Shown: one piece after another, positions 1-9,800 of the stretch | Layout: the number at the start of each line of letters is the position of its first letter | Position numbering within the stretch: the first letter of the stretch is position 1 | Source of the DNA: Bacteroides sp. | Lineage (GTDB): Bacteria > Bacteroidota > Bacteroidia > Bacteroidales > Muribaculaceae | Assembly (NCBI GenBank): GCA_014802105.1 | Contig: JAAVCX010000033.1 | Coordinates: 14,242 to 78,241 of the forward strand | Direction: 5' to 3' | Length of the DNA: 64,000 nt | The notes under the pieces: generated by a model | Database searches by the model: none | Told to the model about the DNA's origin: nothing | Seen by the model: only the letters and a program-made list of their open reading frames with translations | Program-made: the position numbers and the translations under genes

Positions 1-271
1 AACAGCAGCTGATGATGACGTCGGGTTACTCAAGGTTATAGAAAAAGGATAATGATGGTTATAAAAAATATCTGATTACATCTTATTTCAGAGTCTGCGC
101 CACGATACTCTGACACAGACAATGCCTATAACCATCCGGCTCGTCCCGGAGCATTATTAAGACCAGCCTCGGTCGCTCCATACATTCTGAAGCGTCTGAC
201 TGAAAAATCTTAATTGTCTCTAAGACAACCACGAATAGGAATATCGGCAATAAGAATAAATCGTTTCAATG

Positions 272-279
272 CAAATTTA
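272..279 (-). promoter_or_regulatory. Bacteroidetes -7 promoter element TAAATTTG pointing out of the window's left edge
   Basis: caaattta on + strand = TAnnTTTG consensus on - strand; no properly spaced -33 TTTG seen. Confidence 0.4.
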
Positions 280-427
280 CAACTTTTATGCAAAAAATTT
301 CAGCGTGTAACAATAATGTATGAAAATTGCAATAGGATTGTCACTATACACCTCTGCCGACGGCCGTTTTTTAAAGCACTCTCTTCAATTTCTACCGAGA
401 ATATTTCGTGATATGGGGAATTTGTTT

Positions 428-435
428 TACTTTTG
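428..435 (+). promoter_or_regulatory. -7 promoter element TACTTTTG for the TPR gene
   Basis: Matches TAnnTTTG, ~57 nt upstream of ATG 493. Confidence 0.55.
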
Positions 436-492
436 TGGTCTGTAACGGGGTGTCAACCCGTCTATTATCTGAAAAAAAATCTATAAAACACA

Positions 493-1179
493 ATGGCAAA
501 TACTCCCAAAAACGAAGAAACCCGCACCGCCGTAGATGAGGTAAACGACACCCTCACAGGCCTCGGTGCAAAGGTTCAGGAAAATTCACGCTTCATCATG
601 TATGCAACCTGCGCCGTAGCTGTCGTGGTAATAGCTGTTCTTGTCTACATCTATGCTTTCCGTCAGCCCGGCATCCAGGCCGCCAACGAGGCTCTCGGTC
701 AGGCCGACATGGAGCTCCTGATGGGCAACGACAGCATCGCCCTTGCTAAATACGAGCAGGTGGCCGACAATCACGGATACAAGGCCGGCGATCTGGCTTC
801 GCTCAACGCCGCTGCCCTCCTCTACAAGCAGGGCAAATACGAGGAAGCTATCAAGCGCGCCAAGGCCTACTCGGCTTCAGAGTCGATCATCGGCGCCGCC
901 GCATGCAGCCTCGAGGGTGACTGCTATGTCAATCTCAAGAACTATGACGAGGCCCTCGCATGCTTCAAGAAGGCTGTTAAGGTCAGCGACAACAATCCCG
1001 CCTACACTCCCGTGTTCATGCTCAAGCAGGCCACCGTGCTCCACGAGCTCAAAGACTACAAGGCCGAGGCCGAGGTCTATGAGGCTATCAACAAGGACTA
1101 TCCCAAATATGGACCCTCGATGGGCATCGACATCCAGAAATATATCGAACGTGCCAAAGCCCTCGCCGCCGCTAAGTAA
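493..1179 (+). CDS. Membrane-anchored tetratricopeptide repeat protein (YfgM-like)
   Basis: Single N-terminal TM helix followed by TPR-like helices (GDCYVNLKNYDEALACFKKA); host-like codon usage. Confidence 0.85.
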   Translation: MANTPKNEETRTAVDEVNDTLTGLGAKVQENSRFIMYATCAVAVVVIAVLVYIYAFRQPGIQAANEALGQADMELLMGNDSIALAKYEQVADNHGYKAGDLASLNAAALLYKQGKYEEAIKRAKAYSASESIIGAAACSLEGDCYVNLKNYDEALACFKKAVKVSDNNPAYTPVFMLKQATVLHELKDYKAEAEVYEAINKDYPKYGPSMGIDIQKYIERAKALAAAK

Positions 1180-1201
1180 ATAATCGACTTCAGCATATCT
1201 G

Positions 1202-1241
1202 GATCGCCGCCCTGCTCCCTGCAAGGCGGCGATCTTCTTTT
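1202..1241 (+). terminator. Rho-independent terminator
   Basis: gatcgccgcc...ggcggcgatc stem followed by ttctttt. Confidence 0.8.
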
Positions 1242-1429
1242 ATCTGCAACTCCTGTACTTCTGAGATTACATCCCCTGACCTGAAGATGGTACCAATGAG
1301 TCGATCGATTTTGTGAAAGTACAGCGTGGGTAGCTCATCTACTATGATACATCAATGGGAGGTTACCTTTGGAGTACAAAGTTGCGTTATTGAAACATTT
1401 TAAGCAGTGATCTCAGAAAAAAATCGCAC

Positions 1430-1465
1430 ATTTCACTTTTAAGTGAAATATTTGTTGTAACTTTG
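1430..1465 (+). promoter_or_regulatory. Operator palindrome plus -7 promoter of the toxin-antitoxin-like pair
   Basis: Perfect ATTTCACTT-N2-AAGTGAAAT (1430-1449) just upstream of TAACTTTG (1458-1465). Confidence 0.7.
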
Positions 1466-1481
1466 CGTTATATTAATATAT

Positions 1482-1952
1482 ATGAGTGAAGTAGAACTAA
1501 TTTTATTGGAAGAAGGCAATCAATGCACTCTCTATTCCATTCAATTTAACTCGGAAGATACCTCCGAGTATGAACGCTTCTATAATAAATTCATAGAAGA
1601 TGCCAAACTCAATAGGGATCTTCTGCGTATTGTCCAGATACTTGGGAAAATTGCCGACGAAGGTGCACTTGAACGCCGATTCCGCCCCGAAGGGAAGATG
1701 AATGATTCAGTGGTAGCTCTACCGGTACTTTCGTCGAAATTACGATTATATTGTCTGCGTCTTTCCAATAGTATCCTTGTTCTTGGAAACGGTGGAGTTA
1801 AAAATTCACGTACATACGAAGAAGATGATTCATTACGTGGATATGTACTTAATCTTCAAAAATTTGAAGAACTGTTAAAGGAAGGTCAGAAAAATGGTTC
1901 TGTGATCATCAGAGAGAGAGTAATTGAAACCGACAACACTTTTGAGTTATGA
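1482..1952 (+). CDS. Putative RelE/HigB-like toxin
   Basis: 156 aa with a RelE-like C-terminal pattern (KLRLYCLRLSNSILVLGNGGVK); overlaps the downstream HTH gene (ATGA). Confidence 0.55.
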   Translation: MSEVELILLEEGNQCTLYSIQFNSEDTSEYERFYNKFIEDAKLNRDLLRIVQILGKIADEGALERRFRPEGKMNDSVVALPVLSSKLRLYCLRLSNSILVLGNGGVKNSRTYEEDDSLRGYVLNLQKFEELLKEGQKNGSVIIRERVIETDNTFEL

Positions 1953-2215
1953 AAGAAGCAAAGAATACATATCGGAAAATGCTTGCATCTGTTCCGGCTG
2001 ACATCAAAGCTGAGATAGATTTGTCGTTTGCAGTTTCAGACCGTATAGATGCGCTGATGCATGAACGAGGTCTTTCAAAAAAGCAGTTCGCCGATGCTCT
2101 TGGCCGTCGCCCGAGCGAGATAACCAAATGGCTAAGTGGACAACATAACTTTACACTTTCAACTCTGGCGATGCTATCTTCATTCTTCGGTCAGCCAATT
2201 GTTACCGTAGGATAG
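1949..2215 (+). CDS. XRE-family HTH protein, putative HigA-like antitoxin
   Basis: HTH motif LSKKQFADALGRRPSEITKWLSGQHNFTLSTL. Confidence 0.8.
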   Translation: MKEAKNTYRKMLASVPADIKAEIDLSFAVSDRIDALMHERGLSKKQFADALGRRPSEITKWLSGQHNFTLSTLAMLSSFFGQPIVTVG

Positions 2216-2227
2216 CGTGCTACAGTT

Positions 2228-2803
2228 ATGAATATAACCTTCAATCAATATAAAGGTAGGCTTGATCTCTCAGCTCTTATTGACGGTTGCCGGGAGAAAG
2301 GAACACTGTATCATTACGCAAAGGGAGAGATATTCGTTCGTGAGGGAGAAGTTGGAAGGTTTTTTGGGGTTGTGGAGTCCGGTTATTTCAAATACGTCAC
2401 CGTCACAACGGAAGGTGATGAGGCTGTGGTGGGATTTGCATTTGAGGGAGAGTCGGTCTGTGACTTCAACAATTCCTTCCAAGGAATCCCATCCGAAGTG
2501 TCAATCATTGCAGGAAACAAAGCCACTGTGTGCCGGATAAACTTCAGTGATGCTAAAAATATCGTCAGAACACAAATGGACGAATCGAAGGGAACTCTTA
2601 TATCTGAATTGTTCAGGGAAATCTATCACCGCCATCTCGAACTATACCGTAAGTCTCCAACGGAGAGATACCTCGAACTCATCAACAAACATCCCGACAT
2701 AATTAATATAGTCACTATGCGGGACATTGCATCATATCTGCTTGTAACTCCGATTTATTTAAGCAGAATACGTAAAAAACTCCTACAAATCAGTCGGAAA
2801 TAA
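2228..2803 (+). CDS. Crp/Fnr-family regulator (cNMP-binding domain + C-terminal HTH)
   Basis: KGEIFVREGE...G.FK cNMP-fold motif; ERYLEL...IASYLLVTPIYLSRIRK C-terminus. Confidence 0.85.
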   Translation: MNITFNQYKGRLDLSALIDGCREKGTLYHYAKGEIFVREGEVGRFFGVVESGYFKYVTVTTEGDEAVVGFAFEGESVCDFNNSFQGIPSEVSIIAGNKATVCRINFSDAKNIVRTQMDESKGTLISELFREIYHRHLELYRKSPTERYLELINKHPDIINIVTMRDIASYLLVTPIYLSRIRKKLLQISRK

Positions 2804-2869
2804 ACTTTGTTTTACGCATATAACAAGCTTATTTCCCAATTTTGCCAATAAAAAAGCCTAACAATTACT

Positions 2870-3556
2870 ATGAATATCTTAATTATCGGAGCTACATCTG
2901 GGATTGGCAAAAAACTGTGGAAGCATTATTCCTCAACAGGGAATAAGGTTTCTATTATGGGACGAAGATATGATGTGTTGAACGAAATGGCAATGACGAA
3001 TCCTGACACCAGCTTTGCTTTTCCCTGTGATATAGCAGACCATCATTCATTCAACAGAGCCTTCTCGTGTATGATAGATAAACTCACCAACATTGATCTT
3101 ATAATACTGTGCGCCGGAATAGGGGAATTAAATCCTGACCTTGATATTGAAACAGAACTACATACATTGAAAGTCAACGTAGAGGGTTGGACCAACTGTG
3201 TCGATACAGCATATAATCAATTCAAAAAACAAGGATTCGGGCATTTAGTGACTGTAACATCTGTTGGTGGACTTCAACCAACACCTATTGCACCCTCTTA
3301 CAGTGCATCCAAAGCATTTCAGATAAATTACACAAAGTCATTGCAAAAGTTGTCAAAAGACAACGGCATCATAATAACTGAAATACGCCCGGGACTCATT
3401 GATACACGAATGGCTAAAGGCGATGGACTGTTTTGGGTAATGTCACCTGATCGTGTTGCCGCCTCTATTGTCAAAGCCATTGAAAAGAAACGTAAAAGAT
3501 TAATCATCGATTGTCGTTGGCGTTTAATCAATTTCTTTCTGAAACATTTTCAATAA
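2870..3556 (+). CDS. SDR-family NAD(P)-dependent oxidoreductase
   Basis: IIGATSGIG Rossmann motif, YSASK catalytic motif, PGLIDT. Confidence 0.9.
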   Translation: MNILIIGATSGIGKKLWKHYSSTGNKVSIMGRRYDVLNEMAMTNPDTSFAFPCDIADHHSFNRAFSCMIDKLTNIDLIILCAGIGELNPDLDIETELHTLKVNVEGWTNCVDTAYNQFKKQGFGHLVTVTSVGGLQPTPIAPSYSASKAFQINYTKSLQKLSKDNGIIITEIRPGLIDTRMAKGDGLFWVMSPDRVAASIVKAIEKKRKRLIIDCRWRLINFFLKHFQ

Positions 3557-3687
3557 GAGCTTAATTCACTGCCCACCCAATTGTTAGAAGAATATGGATT
3601 CGGATGTTATGTCTTGACTCTATGTTCCCTACGGGATGATGTGATAAACCGATCCCCCCGTGCAAGTGCATCTACGGCAGAGTCACC

Positions 3688-4980
3688 TTACAACCTGCGT
3701 GCATGGGATGAAAGTATGCGGTGGCCGAAACGACAGTAGATACACTTGTGTTTCTCGCAATACTCGCGCCTGAGCTGTATCAGGGCCTGGGAGTCGAAAG
3801 CATTGCGGCAGGGCAGACCCGCCGAGACAAAAGCCCCCACTATCGAGTTGCGCTCGGGAGCCATCTCCTCGAGCCAGTCGCGCGCACGGACAGTGTGCTG
3901 ATCGCTGCCGTGGCTGAGCCCCCACGCCATCAGCAGAGGAGCCACCACATTGATGACAAGTATACGCGCCGAAGCCTCGCTCATAGTCTCACAGGCCCGC
4001 TCAGAGGCGGCTCCGCCCAGAGTGTAATGATTGGCCCAATAGCCCGAAAGCGGAGCGCGGAAATAGTCGATAGCCTCGGCCGGCGTCTCCATGGTCAGCA
4101 GGCGGGCCGAAGGTCTGAAATTATCGGCCAGAAAAGCCGCCAGCACCGCCAGACGCCGGTGAGGTAAATTCTGAGGACGGGTGCGCGACATCTTCCATCC
4201 GGGCGAGTCGAGCGGTCTCAACGAGAACTTATGGCTCAGAAAGGCATAACGTCGCGAGAGCTGATCCACGTATGGGTCGTCGCCACGCACGCCCTCCTTA
4301 TTGAGAAATCCACCCTGACCGAAGAGCAGAGCCTCGAGAGCTACCGACGAGTCGGAATGTTTGCGCATGAAAGCAAGCGGCGTGGCAAGTGCCAGCCGCT
4401 CCATAGGGAGTGAATTGAGACCAAAGCCCAAGGCCCGGGCCAGGGTGACATAGACCGCATGATCCCAGTCGCCCGGATGATCGTCCATCAGGGCTGTGAG
4501 CCGCGCGGCCTTGTCATAGAGTCTTTCGTAGCCCAGGGCAGCCATCCACGACGTGACATGCAGCGACGAGGTTTCCCTGAATGAATAGGCACACGGCAGG
4601 TCTATATCCGAGCGACCTACCAGCCGGTCATATTTCACCGAGAAGTCGGGCGCACAGCGCATCACCATCTGAGGGATGATCTCGCCGTCGCCACGCTTGA
4701 TAGGAGTATCGTCACAGTCTACCACATGAAGTATCACCGAGTTATATGCCGGATCGCCGTCATGGCCGTGACGATGCCAGTCTGAAGCACGCACATGCAT
4801 CTCCACGTCGCCGGCCCAGAGCTTCGAGCCAATCCTTATCTTGGCATTGAAGAAATCGGGGCCCGCGTCGGTGTTCAGGCGACCCGGATCGATAATGCTC
4901 ACCCTCTGACCGTCGACAGTGACCAGATCATCGCTGAGCAAGAGCCGGTGTTGCCACACATAGTGCATCAGCCGCTCCAA
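3688..4980 (-). CDS. DUF2851-family protein
   Basis: MERLMHYVWQ...GPDFFNAKI...GDVEMH...W..HGH..D..Y..VILHVV signature; C-terminal CxxxxCxxC; TTG start. Confidence 0.85.
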   Translation of the reverse strand: MERLMHYVWQHRLLLSDDLVTVDGQRVSIIDPGRLNTDAGPDFFNAKIRIGSKLWAGDVEMHVRASDWHRHGHDGDPAYNSVILHVVDCDDTPIKRGDGEIIPQMVMRCAPDFSVKYDRLVGRSDIDLPCAYSFRETSSLHVTSWMAALGYERLYDKAARLTALMDDHPGDWDHAVYVTLARALGFGLNSLPMERLALATPLAFMRKHSDSSVALEALLFGQGGFLNKEGVRGDDPYVDQLSRRYAFLSHKFSLRPLDSPGWKMSRTRPQNLPHRRLAVLAAFLADNFRPSARLLTMETPAEAIDYFRAPLSGYWANHYTLGGAASERACETMSEASARILVINVVAPLLMAWGLSHGSDQHTVRARDWLEEMAPERNSIVGAFVSAGLPCRNAFDSQALIQLRREYCEKHKCIYCRFGHRILSSHARRL

Positions 4981-5006
4981 AACTGTGGTGCTGTGGGTCT
5001 AAAGAG

Positions 5007-5480
5007 TCAGACCGAACGGTTGAAAGCAACCATCTGGAGAGCTGTCTCGGCAGCTTCGGCTCCCTTGTTGCCGAGGCGTCCGCCGGCACGGTCAAGCGCC
5101 TGCTGCTCGTCCAGAGCGGTGATCACTCCAAATATCACGGGTATGTCACACTCGGCATTGAGATGGGTGACTCCCTGGGTGACCGACGAGCAGACATAGT
5201 CAAAATGGGGGGTGTCTCCCTTGATGACGCAACCGAGCACTATCACAGCGTCATAGTCGCCGTTCTCGATGAGTTTGGAGGCCGCGAAGGTGAGCTCCAC
5301 AGCGCCGGGCACACGGTAGACATCAATGTCCTCTTCGCTGTCAAGACCGGCGGCTGTCAGTGTTTCGACAGCTCCGGCGGTAAGGGGATCGGTGATATGG
5401 GAGTTCCAGCGGGCGGCTACCACGGCTATACGTACATTTTCAAGCTCGGGAAGAGCGTCGGTCGGGTTGTGGGTGGACAT
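5007..5480 (-). CDS. ribH: 6,7-dimethyl-8-ribityllumazine synthase
   Basis: ARWN, VPGAVEL, GCVIKGDTPHFDYV, GNKGAEAA motifs. Confidence 0.97.
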   Translation of the reverse strand: MSTHNPTDALPELENVRIAVVAARWNSHITDPLTAGAVETLTAAGLDSEEDIDVYRVPGAVELTFAASKLIENGDYDAVIVLGCVIKGDTPHFDYVCSSVTQGVTHLNAECDIPVIFGVITALDEQQALDRAGGRLGNKGAEAAETALQMVAFNRSV

Positions 5481-5486
5481 AATTTC

Positions 5487-5524
5487 AGTATAGAGTATAA
5501 AGTATAGAGTATAAAGTATAGAGT
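5487..5524. repeat. Heptamer tandem repeat (AGTATAG/AGTATAA)x5
   Basis: Directly visible; 6 nt upstream of the ribH start. Confidence 0.9.
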
Positions 5525-5552
5525 TTTTTAGAAAGAGATTTTGGGGTAGGGG

Positions 5553-6605
5553 TTATTTAGGGAAAATTTTGTGCCAGAGCGAGAGGATGTCGAGCGAGCG
5601 TGACTTGGCGTTGTAGAGGGCATCTACTATGCGCCGGTGCTCATCGAGAGCATTGATTTTGGTTGCCTTGTGGAGCATGGTGTTGAGCAGATGCACTCCT
5701 TTTTCTCTCATGGCTCCGACAGCGAGCATGGCCTCGCCGAGCGATACCGAGAGTCTGAGCTGAGTGAGCGTGAACTCCGGCTCCACTTTGGCCAGATATT
5801 TCAGTGCCCGTGTGTAATACTGTATAGCCTCACGATGTTTACCCATGCGCTTGAGAGTGTCGCCCTCTCTCTCGAGCGACTCAACCAGACGCATACCGGC
5901 ATCCTCAACGCCGGCCTTGACCATCTCGAGACACGCCGAGGTCGCTTCCTGATACTGTATGAGCAGACGCGTCTGCCGCTCGCGGTTGCGATAGACGGTA
6001 GTGGCCCCGTTGAGGGTCATCACCTGGGCCGGGGCATAACGCCGGGGATCTATACGCGCCAGCCGCTCAAATATCTTGATGGACTTTTCTATCTCCCGTT
6101 CGGCCTGCTTATACTCGTCGCGCAGGCTATGAAGATAGGATATGTCATAGAGCAACGAGCCGAGCACCTGCAAAAAGGGTGTATCCTTGCGCCGGGGCTG
6201 CTGGGAGAGATGAGTGAGCAGGCGGGCCGCACACTCGGCCGCTTCGTCAAGCCTGTCGCTCTCGAGCAACAGGGCGGTGAGTATCTGCAAGATAGCCGAG
6301 CAAATATCTATCTGGGCCTGACCGGCATTGTCGGCAAGAGCCTCAGAGCAATTGAGCAGTCCCTCGAGCACATTGATCAGCTTGTCTATCTCATTGGCTT
6401 CTATATGATCGGCCGCCGAGAGTCTCAACAGGTCATAAGCCGAGTCAAAAGGCTCGGCGGCGAGTATCTGAAACTGGTCGGAAACAGTGCGCGAACGCCT
6501 GATGCGTGAGCGTATAGCCTGCACTCCGGCCTGGTCAGCGGTGACAGGCATAAACACCGGCTCGATTGACAACGGCTTCATAATAACTACTCTTTTTCCA
6601 TCCAC
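5553..6605 (-). CDS. Tetratricopeptide repeat protein
   Basis: All-helical with TPR motifs (EGDTLKRMGKHREAIQYYTRAL); start may be ATG at 6581. Confidence 0.7.
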   Translation of the reverse strand: MDGKRVVIMKPLSIEPVFMPVTADQAGVQAIRSRIRRSRTVSDQFQILAAEPFDSAYDLLRLSAADHIEANEIDKLINVLEGLLNCSEALADNAGQAQIDICSAILQILTALLLESDRLDEAAECAARLLTHLSQQPRRKDTPFLQVLGSLLYDISYLHSLRDEYKQAEREIEKSIKIFERLARIDPRRYAPAQVMTLNGATTVYRNRERQTRLLIQYQEATSACLEMVKAGVEDAGMRLVESLEREGDTLKRMGKHREAIQYYTRALKYLAKVEPEFTLTQLRLSVSLGEAMLAVGAMREKGVHLLNTMLHKATKINALDEHRRIVDALYNAKSRSLDILSLWHKIFPK

Positions 6606-6845
6606 TCTCTTGAATGGACTCAGGATTTTATTTTAAGTATTAAACTAAGTAACTCTTAAAAATTAATTTATACTATATGTGAGATTTATTTTGAGATAAA
6701 ATCCATGAATGAAGAGGGAGCCTATAGTTATAGGTGACCGATGAATGAGTGGATTTTAGCCAAAATAAAGCCACAGAGAGAATAAAAGTCTATCACGGGT
6801 TACTAAGGGAAAAACTTTTTGACGTTTAATTTTTAAGAGTTACTA

Positions 6846-9800
6846 ATGACGCTTCAGGAGCTTAGCAAGCAATTTCTATCAGGGCCGCGGGGCACAGCAA
6901 TGCGTCGCGCCCTGTCGGGACGCTCGACCATCATCTCGGCCTACAACCTTGCCGGGTCATCGGTGGCCATGATGCTTGCCGCCCTGCCGCGTCGCTCCAC
7001 CCCGGTGGTCGTTATAGCCGACACCCTCGACGACGCCGGCTATCTCACCCACGACCTCGCACGCATACTCGGCGACGACAGAGTCTCCATATTCCCATCG
7101 GGCTACAAACGCGACATCAAGTATGGCCAGCCCGATCCCCCTCAGCAGATACTCCGCACCGAGACCCTCAACCGCCTCGCCGACCCCTCCACGGCCGACG
7201 GTCTCTATGTGGTCACCTATCCCGAGGCCCTCGCCGAGAGAGTGGCCGACGCCGAGACCCTGCGCGAACACACCCTCCGACTCTCGACCTCAACTCCGGC
7301 ATCGCTCACCGACACTATAGTGTGGCTGCGCGAGAACGGATTCTCGGAAGTCGACTACGTCTACGAACCGGGCCAGTTTGCTTCGCGAGGCTCCATCCTC
7401 GACATCTTCGGCTACAACAGCGAGCTCCCCGTGCGCGCCGACTTCTTCGGTGACGACATCGACACCCTGCGCTACTTCAATATCGAGACCCAGCTCTCGG
7501 AGCAGAAACTCTCCAACGTAGCCATCACCTCACTCTCAGGCTCCAGGAGTTCCAAAGGGCTCTCGTTGCTAAAATTCATCGACCCCTCCTCGCTCATAGC
7601 CGTGCGCGATGCCGACTACACTGTCAGCCGCATACAGGCTATAGCCGCCGAGACCTTCTCTCAGAGCGCCATGATCGCCGGCGAGGGCGACCCCGAAGCC
7701 CTGCAACAGGTCATTGACCCCACCGGCTTTGCCGACGACTTCGCCACGTTCAGGCAACTGCGGTTCACCTCTTCGGCCGCGCCCGATCCCCAGGCCTCAG
7801 CCAAGATCGACTTCACGTGTACCCCCCAGGTGATCTACCACAAGAATTTCGACATGATCGCCGAGTCATTCTCGCGTTTTGAAGCCGAGGGCTACACCTT
7901 ATATATATTAAGCGACTCCCCCAAACAGATCGACCGACTGCACGCCATCTTTGCCGACCGCGGCGACTCGATCAACTTCACTCCGGTGATATCAACCCTC
8001 CACGAGGGTTATAGCGACGCCTCACTCAAAGTCTGTGTCTTCACCGACCACCAGATCTTTGACCGCTTCCATAAATACACCCTGCGCAGCGACCGCGCCC
8101 GTTCGGGCAAGCTCGCCCTGTCGCTCAAGGAGCTCAGCGCCATCGAGCCGGGCGACTACATAGTCCATGTCGACCACGGAGTAGGGCGCTTTGCCGGACT
8201 GATGCGCACAGAAGTCAACGGCCGCATCCAGGAGATGATCAAACTCGTCTATGCCAACGACGACATCATCTTTGTCTCCATCCACGCCCTCCATAAACTC
8301 GCCAAATATCGAGGCAAGGAAGGTGTGCCTCCAAAGATCAACAAACTCGGCACAGGAGCCTGGAACAAACTCAAGGAACGCACCAAGTCAAAGCTCAAGG
8401 ATATAGCCCGCGACCTCATACGCCTCTATGCCGCGCGCAAAGAGGAACAGGGCCACGCCTATCCGCCCGACAGCTACCTCCAGCACGAGCTCGAGGCCTC
8501 ATTCATCTATGAGGATACCCCCGACCAGCTCTCGGCCACCCGCGCCGTCAAAGCCGACATGGAGAGCTCAAAACCGATGGACCGTCTCATCTGTGGCGAC
8601 GTAGGCTTCGGAAAGACCGAGATAGCCATCCGCGCCGCCTTCAAGGCTGCTACCGACGGCAAGCAGACTGCTGTACTCGTCCCCACCACAGTGCTCGCCT
8701 ATCAGCACTACAACACCTTCTCCGAGCGACTCAAGGAGTTTCCCGTGAGAGTCGACTACCTCTCCAGGGCCCGCACCCCCAAGCAGGTCAAGGAGATCCT
8801 GGCCGACCTGGCCGAAGGGAAGATAGACATCCTCATAGGCACACACAAGATCATAGGCAAGAACGTCAAGTTCAAAGACCTGGGCCTGCTCGTCATCGAC
8901 GAGGAACAGAAATTTGGCGTAGCCGTAAAAGAGCGGCTCAAACAGCTCAAGGTCAACGTCGACACCCTCACCATGAGCGCCACCCCTATACCACGCACAC
9001 TCCAGTTCTCGCTCATGGGTGCGCGCGATCTCTCGGCCATCAACACTCCGCCCCCAAACCGCTACCCGATCCTCACCTCAGTCAATGCCGGCGGCGACGA
9101 CATCCTCGCCGAAGCCATCAACTTTGAGCTCTCGCGCGGAGGTCAGGTCTTCATCGTCAACAACCGCATCGAAGGCCTCTATGACCTCGAGGCACGCATA
9201 CGCGAACTGATACCCGGAGCACGCACCATCGTGGGCCACGGACAGATGCCCCCCGAAAAACTTGAGAAAGCCATCATCGACTTTGCCGCCCACGACTATG
9301 ACGTGCTGATCTCGACCACTATCATCGAGAGCGGTATCGACATGCCAAACGTCAACACTATCATAGTCAACAATGCCCAGAACTTCGGCCTCTCTGAGCT
9401 TCACCAGTTGCGCGGACGAGTAGGCCGCAGCAACCGCAAGGCCTTCTGCTACCTGCTCGTGCCCCCTCACCTCCCCCTCTCGCCGGTAGCCCGACGGCGT
9501 CTTCAGGCCATCGAGAGCTTCAGCGAGCTCGGCAGCGGCATCCACATCGCCATGCAGGATCTCGACATAAGAGGCGCCGGCAACCTGCTCGGAGCCGAGC
9601 AGAGCGGCTTCATAGCCGACCTCGGCTACGAAACCTACCAGAAGATACTCCGCGAAGCCGTCACCGAGTTGCGCACCGAGGAATTTGCCGATCTCGAAAA
9701 AGCCGACCGGCTCCACGGCCCCGACGAGGAATATGTGGCCGACTGCGTCATCGAGAGCGACCTCGAGCTGCTCCTGCCCCCCTCATACGTGCCGACCGAG

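Noticed and set aside
214-411. 65-aa ORF upstream of the TPR gene
   Set aside because: TTG start, AT-rich promoter region, no motifs.
3621-3640. tatgttccctacgggatga as a REP-like element at the islet edge
   Set aside because: Single short hairpin with no second copy in the window.
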